In this document: positions 1 through 15,534 of the stretch, in pieces
Layout of the letters: every line of letters starts with the position of its first letter
How positions within the stretch are numbered: position 1 is the stretch's first letter
NCBI RefSeq assembly: GCF_009914755.1
Contig: NC_060935.1
Source of the DNA: the human T2T-CHM13v2.0 reference genome, Homo sapiens
Direction: 5' to 3' (one strand)
DNA: 64,000 nucleotides
Notes under the pieces: model-generated
Database searches by the model: none
Told to the model about the DNA's origin: nothing
Seen by the model: the letters and a program-made list of their open reading frames with translations, nothing else
Position numbers and translations under genes: made by a program

Positions 1-129
1 GGAAAGATCTGACAAACACATTCTAAGGAAAGAAAATTGCAAACGTTCCTCACAAACATAACCACAAGTGTTTGCAAATTAAATCTAAAAATACATAAAA
101 GGAATAAGACATCCTAGCCAAGTGGATTT

Positions 130-796
130 TAGCCCAGAACTTTCCTAAATGTCTAAACTTCTACTCTTAAAAACAATCAACCAGGAAAATGCAAAAAACA
201 AGCAACAGTGACAAAATGACAAATATCTTATATCCACAATATATAAAGATCTCTTACAGATCAATAATAAGACAAAAAGAGACTTCCTTCCAAAGAGTAT
301 GGTATGGGAAGGCAAAGTTAGGTGGAAAATGACTCCACAGTGGAAAAAGCTGACAAACACTCCCTCAGCCAAGTGATTAAGGTCAAAATCAACAGTGATA
401 AATCATGTTGAATGTATGTACCTTTGATATGTGATAAAAATGGGACTTTTCCTATATGACCTACCTCCCCAAAACTCATATTCCTTGTTTAGCCGTGAAA
501 GTAAAATCAGACAAATGCCACCTCTGAGTGTATTCTGAAAATATCTGACCAGTACTTCTAAATATTCTTAAGGTCATCAAAAACAAGGAAGACTCAGAAA
601 TTGTCACAGCTAAGGGGAACTCTAAAGAGATATAAATGCTAAAGGCAATATGGTATCCTGGATAAGATTCTAAAACATAAAAAGAACATTAGGGAAAAGC
701 TAAAGAAATCTTAACAAATTACGGACCTAGGTTAATAATAATGCATCAGTATCATTAATGGTAACAAATGCAATATACGAATGAAAGATATTAATA
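130..796 (+). mobile_element. Old L1 (L1MC/L1MD-like) 3' region, interrupted by Tigger and resuming at 2302-2400
   Basis: Motifs such as aaggtcaaaatcaacagtgataaatcatgttga and tatggtatcctggat; 3' terminus aataaagtttattaaa after the Tigger. Confidence 0.65.
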
Positions 797-2301
<1,505 letters not shown>

Positions 2302-2667
2302 TAATAGGGGAAGCTGCCTGTGGACACATGGAAATTTTCTGTACTACCTTTATAATTTTTCTATAAATTCAAAGCTGTTCTAAAAAATAAAGTTTATTAA
2401 ACTATGTCCTAAAATAATCAAATAAATAAACACCACATATTTATTTTTGAAAACTTGAATGTCCATAAAATAGAGTAAAAATGTCATCTATAATCTTACC
2501 ATTCAGAGATAATTACTGTTAACGGCCTTTTGTGTTTCTTTTACCTTCTTTTACATATAAATAAGGATATATAATTTTACCCCACTGGGATCTTAAATCT
2601 ACTATTTTGCATTTTACTTTTGCAATTTACTTTGTATGTTAAGTATTTCATCATGATATTTCATAGA

Positions 2668-2973
2668 CTTTTTTTCTTTTTTTTTTTTTTTTTTTTTTTC
2701 TTTTTGAGACAAGGTCTCACTGTGTTGCCCAGGCTGGAGTGCAGTGGTATGATCTTGGCTCACTGCAGCCTCGACGTCCACAGGCTCAAAGGATCCTCCC
2801 ACCTCAGCCAAGCAGCTGAGACTACAGGCATGCGCTACCAAGCCAGGCTATTTTTTGTAGCGATGGGGTTTTGCCATGTTGCCCAGGCTGGTCTCGAACT
2901 CCTGAGCTCAAGTGATCCTCCTGCCTTGGCCTCCCAAAGTGCTGGAATTAGGTGTGAGCCACTGTGCATGGCC
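2668..2973 (-). mobile_element. AluJ
   Basis: tgcagcctcgac...ggctcaa..gatcctccc; long T tail; degenerate TSD catagact/catagatt. Confidence 0.9.
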
Positions 2974-3429
2974 TGACATTGCATAGATTTTGAAACATAA
3001 TTATAATAACTGTATATCATTTAATTGAGTTTCTATATTATAACTAATTTCTTTTAAAAAATGATAGGCAAGAGAAAGTTTTTAAAATTTGGTTTATTTT
3101 TAAAATAACTATTATTTTAGTAATAAGCTTTTATATAATCTAAAATTATTTCTTCAAGATAAATTCTGGGAGTGGGTTAGATCAACAAGTAATGGCATTA
3201 TTTTGATGTTTAATAGACAATTTCTTTCTGAAGAGTATTGAATAAATTGGGACAATTCCTTGCCTGATGGGTCATGACTTTTAATACTTTATGCAGATTT
3301 CCCTTCAATGTGTTAACCATGTGTTATCTCAAAAATTAGTTTACAACTTATAGCTATAGAAGTTTATTTTGTACTTGTTCTACATTTTTTCTTTACATAT
3401 AACCATTATATTAGTTTAAGATATATGTC

Positions 3430-4550
3430 TCCCTTCCCCCTACCCTTCTCAGTCTCTAGTATCCTCCATTCTACATTTTACCACTAAAAGATCAACTTTT
3501 TTTTTTTTTTTTTAGCTTCCACAGACAAGGGAGAATATATGGTGTTTACTTTTCTGTTTCTGGCTTGTTTCACTTGACGTAATGTCCTCCAGTTTCATCC
3601 ATGTTGTTGCAAGTGGATTTCATTTTTTATGGCTGCATAATATTTTGCCATGTATATGTACCACATTTTCTTTATCCATTCTTCTGTTTTTGGAACCTTA
3701 GGTTGTTTCTATATCTTTCTTACATGAATAGTGCTGTAATAAAAAAAGGGGTGTACATGTCTCTTTGATAAACTGATTTTCTTTCCTTTGAATAAATAAT
3801 GCCCAGTAGTGGGATTGTTGGATTATACGGTGGTTCTATTTGTAGTTTTTTGAGGAACTTGCATCTGTTCTCCATAGTAGCTGTATTAGTTTACTTTTCA
3901 CCAATAATGTATAAGAGTATAAGAGTTTCCATTTCTCCACATCCTCACCAGCATTAGTAATTATTTTGTCTTTTTGATAATAGCCGTCTTAACTGGTGAG
4001 AGATGATAGCTCATTATGGTTTTGATTTGCATTTCCCTGATAATTAGTGATGTCAAACATTTTTGCATATATATATGTCGGTTATTTGTATGTCTTAAGA
4101 AATATCTGCTCAGATCATTTGCTCATTTTTAAATAGGATTATTTGGGTTTTTTCCTGTTGAGATGTTTGAGTCCCTTGTATATTCTGAATATTAATCCCC
4201 TGTCAGATGAGTAGTTTTCAAATGTTTTCCTCTCATTCTGTAGGTTGTCTTTTTACTCCGTTGATTCTTTCCTTTTCTGTGCAGAAGCTTTTTAGTTTAG
4301 TATAATCCTACTCGTTTATTTCTGCTTTTGTTGCCTGTGCTTTTGAGGTCTTCTACAAAAAACTATTTCCCAATGTCCTGAAACATTTCCCCTAAATTTC
4401 CTTCCAGTAGTTTTATAGTTCCAGGTCTTACGTTTTGGTCTTTGATCCATTTTTAGTTGATTTTTGCATAAGGGGAGAATCGGGGGGTTAGTTTCATTCT
4501 TCTGCATATGTTTATTCAGCTTCCCAAGCACAATTTATTGAAGCAACTAT
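3430..4550 (-). mobile_element. L1 (L1MA/L1PB-like) ORF2 3' end and 3' UTR
   Basis: Classic L1 antisense text (cccagtagtgggattg, gtgcagaagctttttagttt); minus-strand ORF 4316-4531 resembles decayed L1. Confidence 0.88.
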
Positions 4551-6384
4551 CCCGCCATGTCTTTAGTGGAAGCTTATTTTCATCTGGATATAAAATATCT
4601 TTTTGTGTTGTCCCCCCTCCGATTTTTAGAGCAGTATTCATCGCAGAATGTTGGAAAAGTCATAAACATGTAAAGACTCAGAAAAAAACAAGCAAACACC
4701 GATAACCTCATTGCATCGAGGAACCAGTTTTAGCACTTTGGCATCTTTGTTTCTCATTTCCTTTTCTTTATTTTTATTTGTGATCTAACTTGTCTTCTTT
4801 TTAAAAACTCAACATTATATGATAAACATTTTCCCATCATTAAAGATCTTCATAAACGTCACTTCAAAGCCTTCATAATATTTACTCGAATTGACATAAT
4901 TTCCCTATTAAGCATTTGTGTGATCTTTTCCAAAATTTTTGTCACAAATGAAACAGAAAATCATTTCCATGTATAAATTATATTGACTTTCTGATTATTT
5001 AGTTACTAGAAAAGAGAATGAGGATCACAAAAAGGGGAATAACCAATGGAATAATTCAGAAAGTTTTACTGGTTACATGCTCTCTAGTGACATAATTATC
5101 TTATCTTAAAGTCGCTGGTCTTGAATACTCAATTAAAATATATGCTCATTATATGAGCATGAAAACAACTTTGTGAGTTTGATTTGCATTTCTTTTATTA
5201 CTGGTGAAGTGAAGCATTTTTAAGTTTGTATTTCTGTATACTCTTTTATTAACTATGCATATGTGCCATTGTGGCAATATGTTTTTATTGTCTATATAGG
5301 TTCTCTGTATATTTCAATTCCTTTCTTAGCGTTGCAAATATTTACCCTATATAAATATAAAATATTTACCCTGTATAAAAAAGAGGGTTGCTTTGTGTAT
5401 GATTGATTGAGCTTATCTATATTATGCTGATAATGTGGAAAATGTGGATCTCCCATAACTCATACAGTGATAGTTCCTGAACCTATTTTCAAATTGAAAT
5501 AGCACTGTCAGGAAATGGATTATAGTTTGCTAAGAATTGATTACAGTAGACTCCTAATAAATATTTTGATTGACTTATTGAAACAACCAAATGATTTTTT
5601 TTGATTTCATAAAATCATATGCTTTATTACAATCTGACATTATCACACTCCCTAACGCATTTGCCATTACAAAGGTGCCAGAACCATTATAGTTTATATT
5701 TCAACTAAAAACATATATTTGTTAATTATATTTCTCAGTAAACTGAATTAAACAAATACCTCTAAAGTAACACATGAATAATAGGAACAAGGCATTAGAA
5801 TGACATAAATATATTTTGGTTTACTATTTCTGGATGACAATTTTAGCACCTAGCCTATTTATATAAAGAGTATAGACTTTCTTCCAATCTTGTATGTAAA
5901 TAAATATTTAAGTAAAGTATGACAGATAAAATAAATGTTTATACAAGAACATTTAAATTTATTATTTTAGTATTGGTTCAGTGCCTTCTTGTAGTCAAAT
6001 TATACCATATTTAATTCATTGAACCATTTTGTTTTACAATATCTGAAAATGAAATACTAATCAAGAAGGTTGCCACTATCAACTTTATGAGTAGGGAGAT
6101 TGGAAGAAAGAACCTCAAATTTCATGACAATTGGATTTAAATCTTTTTATAGAATTTTGAAGAAAATCTTTTTTTGAAAGAGTTTAGTAATCTTAATAAA
6201 GTGGCCTTAACAAAAATGGAGACTTTCAATTTGGATTAAATATTTAGTCTTGTTTATTTTCTTTTATTTAATTCAGCAATTAAAAATGCAACTCAATTCA
6301 TTTGCAAATAAGTTTTTGAATGATATATGCATGGCACTGTAGTGTATCCTATGTAGGTATAAAATTTTAGATGTGGGTATCATA

Positions 6385-6448
6385 TTCTTTTACTTGAGCC
6401 ACTCAGCCTGTAGTATTTTGCTATGGCAGCCCAAGCCGACTAACACAA
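6385..6448 (+). mobile_element. MLT1 LTR 3' fragment
   Basis: agccactcagcctgtagtattttgctatggcagcccaagccgactaacaca. Confidence 0.65.
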
Positions 6449-6659
6449 TATTCTATGTCTGACTCACCTAACATAGTGAAAGAATGCACTGGATTTTTTA
6501 TAAACAATTACATCATATAGTTATTTTTAGCAAAGTACTATCACATAAAATCTTCAAACCAGTACCACACATATTACTACTAAGTTGTGTTTGCTCTATT
6601 TTGGGTAGATATTTATTAGTTTATTTTATATGGAGAACATCGTGGTTACTGATTTATCA

Positions 6660-6800
6660 TGCTGCATTTTGCTATTTCTCCTAGCTTCGTGTTATTCACA
6701 AGCTAATGAGCATTTATTTGCTTCTTCATCCAAGTCACTGGTGAACATATTCAATAAACTTGAGAACAGAGCTTTCCGGCATACCAGTAAAAACTTCTCA
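6660..6800 (-). mobile_element. L3/CR1 LINE reverse-transcriptase remnant
   Basis: Minus strand with frameshifts reads SVL..LNMFTSDLDEE..MLI..VNNTKLGEIA, resembling the CR1 motif SVLGPVLFNIFINDLD..KFADDTKLGG. Confidence 0.6.
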
Positions 6801-8473
6801 TCAGGTAGGACATCAATTGATCAGCCAATTTTTAAATGATAAGTATCAGGATGTTTCTCGTGGTCTATAGGCCTTAGTAAGTCTTCTCTCGTTTGCCAGT
6901 TTGATAGTGTTTTATCAGTATATGTCATGATAGAGAGATGCTGCTGCTGCTGCTACCAATGGTGATTACTATCACTATTTGTAAAACTCCCTTCCAAAAT
7001 TTCTCTGTCTTATATTATCTAAAGAATAAGGTCATAATTTGTTAACCTTTACATATCCAGTATCCAGAAATCCGTATCATAAATAACTACTCATTCTTTG
7101 TTCCTTAAATGAAAATATGTGTTGGGCCTGCCTGATAATGTGGCAATAGCAATTAAGTTGGAAGAGCAACTGTTTATTAATCATGGACATACAGTGGTGG
7201 TAGTTGTGCCACTGCCAATTGTTTGATAAGTATTTTAAGTTACATGTTTTATCTACCAGTTTGGCTAATATTCTAATAAGTATTCTATTTTACCTGCTAC
7301 CATTTACTGTAAAATCAATAAACCCATTAACATTTAATTTGTATCAATTTTTATTTTATGCCACATATTACTTCAAAAATGATTAAGATGGCTTACAAGA
7401 ACACCAATGATGCAGAAGGACATAATGTACATTTAGAATACATTTTTTAAAACAAAGCAAAGAAAAAAATTTTTGCAAAACTGATGGAGCCAGGAATGAA
7501 GTCTGTACGCAAAGTGCATGCCCTTAAGTCTTACATACATGTTGGAGCCTGGCTACTATTTGCCTTTAATATTGGAGCAATCGACAGAAAAAGGAAAATG
7601 TGATTCAAAATGCAGTTCCTAACACTGAGGTTCCCCCAATACCCAAAGCTAAATTATTTAACTCTTTTTTAATGGATTTAGATGAATGGGCTTATAAAGA
7701 AGCCCATTTTGCACTTTAGCTGATTTAGCTGAATGGGCTTTTATCGAAGCCCTTTTACACTTTAGCAAGTTCAAAAGGCATGAGTCAGAAGAACTGTGTT
7801 GACTTTGTGGAAATAAGTCGCCACAGCTTCTTCCAATTCGTGCTTTTTGCACTTGCTGCCCCATCTACTTAATGTTTTTCCATTATCAAGCATTATACAT
7901 TTAGTGGTTTCCAGAAACATTCCATGTAAGCAGATATCAGAACATCCATCCACAAATGCGTATTCATATTTATCTATACTATATAATATATACATATAGC
8001 ATAAAACAGAAAAATAAGTATCTAATTTACAGGAAAATATTTAAAAATCTGCAAATGAATCATATTGACCAGACTGTCTAAATAATGCTAACTTCTCAAG
8101 ACTATTAATTTAACCACACTAACAACTCTAAACAGTTTTTCTTTTTCCTTAGAAAAGACAAAATGAGTATTCTTCATTTACTATTTTTTACTTAGCTCCA
8201 TAAAAATGCCCCGGTCATGTTTCACACACATAAAATACTGAGCATTTGAAATAATAGTGTAACCTCAAGAAATATTAAGGATCCAAAAACTGATCTGGGA
8301 CTTGAAGAAAATAAATCTGACATTCTATAAAAGTAGAATTTATTTAGCAATGACTTTTGTTTTTCCTACTGTTTATTCTATAGTGCTATAATTTAAACTT
8401 CCCATTTCACTGCTTCTTCTTACCTTTATAAAGACACTTTAAATAATCTAAATCATCTAAAGACACTTTAAGG

Positions 8474-8816
<343 letters not shown>

Positions 8817-9600
8817 TCAAATGATCCTATAATGCCCAGAACAAATTCTGTTTTTAGTTACCATGTTTAAGGGACTTACAGAATACAAAGGTATTAATAA
8901 CAAATTGTGTTTGATAGAGAAAATTGTGTTAATCATTCTAAAATTATGTTTCTTAAATTACTTTATGAAAATATAGTTACAAATAAGCTATTTGTAATTT
9001 TTTCAATTAAAGTAAATGCATCACATTGTGACAAAATATAGAATTTTAAAAACATTAATAGTATGGGTGAAATGTCAATTGATGAAACATTTTTTTAAGA
9101 ATGGAAAAAGAAAGACACTTCTTAAAATCAAGATCAAGTGTTAACACAGTGATTTCTCCCTGGGTTTAACAGAGAGTTTAATTTATTACGATATTTTATT
9201 CAAGAAGATTTTTTAAATATTGTGTCTCAGATGGATTTATACAAAACTGTATCAAGCAATATTAAGCAAGACCAATTAAATTTGCACCAGGAAACTATTA
9301 AAAGCATAAATGTAAGAATTTGTAAGGTGTATTTGTTATTTGAAAGAAATGGAGGAAATGTAAGAAAAGAAAATAATAGTTATCAGTGCTTAAAAGAAGC
9401 ATTTTTATGTAATCTGAAGGCCACATAACCGGCAATTACTTGGTTGTGATGACAATTGTGGTTATCGATACTGACGTGTCGATTTTCTATATGTGATCAA
9501 GAGTCAGTCTTGATCAAAATCAGAATATAAGCAGTCGTCTAACAGTAGACATTGGATTTGCATTTGGAAGTAATGGATAAATTTAGTAAGAACAATAGTT

Positions 9601-9629
9601 ACACACATACACACACACACACTCACACA
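9601..9629. repeat. Imperfect (CA)n
   Basis: Directly visible. Confidence 0.85.
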
Positions 9630-12269
9630 GATGTTCTTCCACCATTTCTGTAAGCTTCCTCCGAGTTAGAGCTCTCGTAACAATTAATATTCATATATCT
9701 TAATATTTATTGTATTGTTTCCATGTAATTTCGTTCGATAATCTCACTGATTTTTGTTTTAGACATTAACTGAAGAAGAACAATGCAGAATAAGCAGAGA
9801 AGTATATGATAGGTATGTGAATCTGGGTCAGGTGTACAGTGCAGGCTTTTTCTGCTATTTTTTCTAGCTGCTAGTTTACCCCTTTAAATTTCTTTCTTTA
9901 GGATTCTATTCTTGTTCAGTGGGTATAACCAATACCAACCCAAAAGTAACTTCACAGATATTCAACATACTGACAGCAGAATGTTTTAAAATGACAATAG
10001 TTACAAATATATAGAAAATCTGAAAAATAATATGCAAGAGTGACTACTATTGCTCTGGAAGGATTGTAAGGTATGAGTGACTCTTTTCCATTTCCAGAAT
10101 AAAATATTATTGCGCCGCAGTTTCAGCATGCACAAACAAAACAGCTACGCTAATCTAAATCATTGCTTGGGTATTCATAAGGATTTCCACCGATTTAATG
10201 AATTTAGTTTAGACATCGCTGACATCAAGAAATCAGAAAAAGTAGTGAGCACTTAGCAGCAGAAGTTGATGACTTAAAAGTCTGTAAGTAAGGATTAACA
10301 TACCTCATTTTAAGTGAGAATAGATAACCAAGCTGGGATAAAATGGAGAGTTTTTTAGTGCTTAGCATTTACTAACACCCCATCATTTTTATACTTGACA
10401 CCTAGAGTTCTTTATTCTGTGCCTTAGATTTATCTATTTCTTAATTGTTCTCTGCTCCACAGGGTCTCCAGTGAATCCGCAAATAATTGAAAGCATTTAT
10501 CTCCCCAGTGGTTGGGCTTTAGTCACTGTTGGACTGAAACAGCTCAGTAAACCGATCATCGTGTTCATGTAAAGGTGTCAGATTTTAAGATGAAATGGCA
10601 CAGCATCCACAAGGCAGCCCTTTCAACTAGTTAATTACTTTAAATCATTTTTATATTGCCGTATTTTGTACGCTAGTGCTACTTATGATAACATGAGCAT
10701 TACAATCTAACATGGATCTGATATCATGTCATATAGTAATTCTACTTCTGCAGATACAGAGACCATCATTTTAACCCTTTAAATCGCATCACGCAACTAA
10801 AATAGATGGACTATTTTGAAAGGTACCATTGCCAATAGATGGCCGTGGCAGAAAATTTTAAAAGAAATGGATAAAATTAAATACTGGCAATCAGAATCAT
10901 AACTTTGTGGTGGCCTATGTACATTAAGTTTAAATATTATACAACATGTAAAAGTAGAGAATTAGAAAAATACAGAAAAACAATCGTATTTTTATGTGCA
11001 ATTCTATTTTCAAAGATAGTGTCTTTGAAACACTAGAGTCCTCTCCTCTAGTTGGAGATATCAAAACTTGAAAATATTTGTTTAGTTTATTTTCTCTATG
11101 AAATAACAAGAGTTGTAATATTGAAATATATTGTAAATTACAAGTGGATTTGCTAATAATAGTAGGGCACCTAAGCTAGGTAGAATTATTTTATCAGTTT
11201 TAACTTTTGAAGGAAATAATGAATTTAGCTAAATTTTCTTACTGATCCTTTAACATATACAATTATTAAGGCGAAGGTAATAAGAAGTCTACATTACAGA
11301 AATATCTACTACATTATAAAAACTGGAAACATTGTTTAAAGCCAGAAAATCTACACAAGGAAGATACAATGTCAGTAAATGGAGACAGAAACCAAAATAG
11401 GAGATAAACAGAAACATTTTAATTGTTTTATCATAAAACATTTATTACTATATAATCAATAAAAAACAATAAAACATTAGCCATATAATCAAAAAGTTTT
11501 TAAAAATTACCCATGATAATCAGAAAGATCAAGGTACAATCCAAAATTTCATCGAATTCAATGAATTGCAAATCATTTAAAATATCACTCATATTTTATT
11601 TTTACAATTAAAATTTCCTTATTAGAAATTACAAACATGATATACTTTTATCTATAAGTATAATAGAATAATTTGTGAATAATTTATACAACATAAAGGT
11701 TTTTAAAATCACCTAAAATTAGACTACTTATGAGAAATAATAAATGTTTTGGTAAATAGCCAATCATAAATCTCATTATGAGTTATATAAAAACATATAA
11801 CTTAAGTACATATTATATATGCTCTTCTTTGTTCTATCATGGATATTTATGTTGTGCTTTTTTTCTCCCCTTTTTCTCTCCTCCCAACCTCCCCTTTTTT
11901 ACCCTTCCAACTTCCTACTCCAAGATAACTGTAAATAGCCTTGCACCCATCATCTATACCACTCCTTAAATATGCATTTAATCACACACACATATATGCT
12001 TATATATGTCCATAAGCAATATATATACACACATATACATATATCTACATGTGTGTACATATATACATACAGGTGTATTCACATATATAAGCCATTTTCA
12101 TCATTTGTATTATAGAAATGATATCACAATATATTTGTCTCCGAATTTTGTTTTTCTCACTTTTGAAACAGACTAAAAACCCTTACACATTTTTTTCTAT
12201 TAATTGATGCTACTCCACGGGATGCATATGCCACAATTTATCCATTTATTTTCTTTACATTTCTCTTAT

Positions 12270-12332
12270 CTCTCTTTCTTTCCTTCCTTCTTTTTCCTTC
12301 CTTCCTTCTTTCCTTCCTTCCTTCCTTCTTCC
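12270..12332. repeat. (TTCC)n within degraded antisense L1M
   Basis: Directly visible. Confidence 0.8.
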
Positions 12333-12994
12333 ACTCATTCTGCTTCCTTTTTAATACTAACAACACTACAGCCAATATATTTCTGTATATAATCTGATGT
12401 ACTGATACATTTTTTCCTTTGGGATACTTCCATAGGACTTGGATTGCTTCATATTATATGTAAGCTTTTAAGATTAGTAGATATGGCCAGACTGATCTTG
12501 AAAATGGTTGTAATATTACTTAAGTAAACAATTAATACATAAGAGTGCTGAATCTTAGTACTGTTTAATTTTTGTCAAACTGCTAAGTGCAAATGTTACA
12601 TTGTAAAGTCATATCTCACTGTTACTTTAATTTTTGTTTGTCCAATTTCTGGACAGTAGAGAGAAACTCACTATATATTTTAGGCCATTTTATTTAATCT
12701 TTTCTGAGTTTTCTATCTATACCATTTTCCTTTGGCTTCATTAGAATTACGAATTGTAAAAATCTTTTGAACATTATAGATATCAATCTTTTAAATGCAC
12801 ATAATCACTTTCTCAAACCATTATGAATTCTCACTTTTTATAGTAAGAACACATAAAATACTTTCACAATCAGAAACACTTGACATATGCATAGACATGC
12901 CTTTTATATTTTAGCTTTTAGATTTACTGTCTCAAAGTTCTTTCTAAATCCTAGGTGATAAAATAGATTATTATATATTTAATTCTGATCTAAA

Positions 12995-13670
12995 ACACTA
13001 ATTATAGACAAAGATTGTCAGAATACAAAAATAAAACAAGACCCAACTATATGTTGTCCACAAAAAATCACTTTAAATATAAAAACAGAGCTAGGTTAAG
13101 AATAAAGAAGTGGAAAAAGATATGCCATGTTAACAACTGATAAAAAGAAATTGGGGACCAATATATCAATATCAGAAAAAGCAGACTTCAAGATAAGGAA
13201 AATTACCAGGGATAAAGACGGGCATTACATAATGATGAAGGAGTCAAATCTCCAAAAGTATTGTATGTGTATGCACCTAATAACAAGGCATTAAAATACT
13301 TGGTGCAAATATTTATAGGACCACAATGAAAAACAGACAAATTCATCATAATAGTTAGAGTTTTTAATGTTCCACTCTCAGTAACTGACAGATCCAGCAA
13401 GAAGAAAATCAGTAAGAATAAAGACGTGATCAGTACTATCATCAACATGATCTAATGGATATCTATAAAATAGTCTATCCAATAATAGCAGAATATACAT
13501 TCTTTTCAGGCACACATGGAACATTTACCAATATAGATCACAAATGTACAATACCAATGCAAAATATTAATAATAGGAGAAACTGGGTGTGGAGTTTCTG
13601 GAATTTTTTATACTCTATAATTTCTCTGTAAATCTAAAACTATTTTAAAACAAAAATTACATTAAAAATG
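12995..13670 (+). mobile_element. L1M: ORF2 endonuclease segment joined to the L1 3' terminus
   Basis: caagacccaactatatgttgtc...atacattcttttcaggcacacatggaacatttaccaatatagatcac, then aaatgtac...tgtaaatctaaaactatt. Confidence 0.8.
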
Positions 13671-13982
13671 CAGATGAGAATTTTCAGTGTATTTAGAACT
13701 GTAATGTTCTAATAAGTACATTATACATGGAAACTCATAACAATGGGTTTTAGATCTCTAAAAATATATAAAAAATTAAGATTTCAAGTTTGTTACATAT
13801 TTAGAAAGAAATGCAATTAAGTTACAAAATGTATTTTCAATACTAGCATAGATATCTTTTAATTAGCAAAATAGACAGCTTTGAATATATCAAGTGTTGT
13901 TTCTAATTATGTAATAAATTTCAATATGTAATATATGATTTAATTATATATGAAATAAACACTCAGAAAATATTTTGGTACC

Positions 13983-14403
13983 TGTTACAGTTTGTTTGAT
14001 CCCTCCAATTCTCATGTTGAAATATGATCTCTAATATTGGAGGTGGGGCCTAATGGGAGAGTTTGGGTCATGGAGCCATATTCCTCCTGAATGCCTTGGT
14101 GCCTTTCTTGTAGTAGTGAGCGAATTCTCTAATAGTTACCACTAGAGCTGGTTGTTTAAAAGAGCCTGACGCCTCCCCTATATCCCCTATATCTTGCTTC
14201 TTCTCTCATCATGTGATCTCTGCATGCACCACCTTCCCTCTCCTTCTGCCATGAGTGGAAGCAGCCTGAAACCCTCACAAAAAGCAGATGTTGGCACTAT
14301 GCCTCTTGTACAGCCTGCAGAACCATGAGCCAACTAAACCTCTTTTCTTTATAAGTTACCGAGCTGCAGGTATTCCTTTATAGCAACACAAAGGAACTAA
14401 GCA
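13983..14403 (+). mobile_element. MST (MSTB-like) MaLR solo LTR
   Basis: TG...CA ends, ggaggtggggcctaatggga, cagcctgcagaaccatgagcc; 5-bp TSD gtacc/gtatc. Confidence 0.88.
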
Positions 14404-15534
14404 GTATCTCTATTATGTTGTTAACAGTAACACAAAGGGTCTAAGAGGTACCTGTATTATGTTTCTTAATTATGTTGGTGCTTGTCTTAATAGTAGATTT
14501 TAAAGACTAATATCAATGTTTATATATAGTCAAAGGCAGTTTCATGACTATCAAATGCTATGATAAAGAATTATGAAGGGCCTAATATTAACTATTAAAA
14601 AGCATTCAAGAATAATAAAAAATCTGCACAAAATGCCACTTAACATTTCAAGTTATTGTTTATTGCAATTCATTAACAAACCAGTCAATATACAAACTTA
14701 TATAATGGCAATATAATTATTTCATGACAGAAGTCAGTGGTCTCCTGTTGACAAATGACTACATCATTGCAACATGTCCTTACCACTATGTTTAAGGTAG
14801 TATGTGGCTTAAAGTTTACCTGATTTAAATGTGAAGAGCTTTCTGTAAAGTTCACACTCCTTCATGTAGAAATCACAGTTTAGTATTACTCTTCCATGAA
14901 AATAATATAACATTCAGGAATATGAGGCAATGTGCCATCTTCTAGTACAATGTAAGTCTTCTTAGACTACTTCAGAGTATCTGAATTATTGAAGAATTTC
15001 AATCTTTGTATGTTTTTACAAGCCAGTACAAGAATTAATTTTTCCATAGACTAGACATGTATTATTCTTATACCTAGATTATTATTATACCTAGAGTGTA
15101 ACCAAACCAGTGAAAGTAATTAAAATGCTTTTTTCTGAATCCGATAAATACACATTATATATTGTGTTCAGGCATTGCTTTACTTTTTGTCATTTATCTT
15201 TTATAAACAAAACCGTTGGCTGTTTGAAAATTTACAAATTGTTTTGCTGTGTAAAATATAAAGAAACCATCAAGTTTCAAGCCCTTATTTCATATTATAT
15301 ATTCATTACCTATTTGAGATTATTTAATTTCTATAGATACAGACTAATCAGTTTTAAATGGATTCTCACAGAACTGAGTTTTACCCTTATTATGTTTACA
15401 GCACTCTATCTTGTACTACAGTTACTTGTGAGTTTTATATCTCTAGGCAGGGTGTTTTTATGCACTTTGGTATCTTTCCCCAAAACACAGCATCTTCACA
15501 TTGTAGGTGTTCAACAATCATACAAACTTTTGTA

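Noticed and set aside
5142-5379. 8-bp hairpin (5142-5160) and 20-nt direct repeat (5336/5360)
   Set aside because: Short, AT-rich and within decayed L1-like DNA; expected background.
7340-7620. Possible ancient L4/RTE-X LINE tail
   Set aside because: Resemblance is from memory only and too weak to call without a Dfam search.
7683-7766. CRISPR-like or bacterial terminator interpretation of the hairpin repeats
   Set aside because: Only two units, no unique spacers, primate genomic context.
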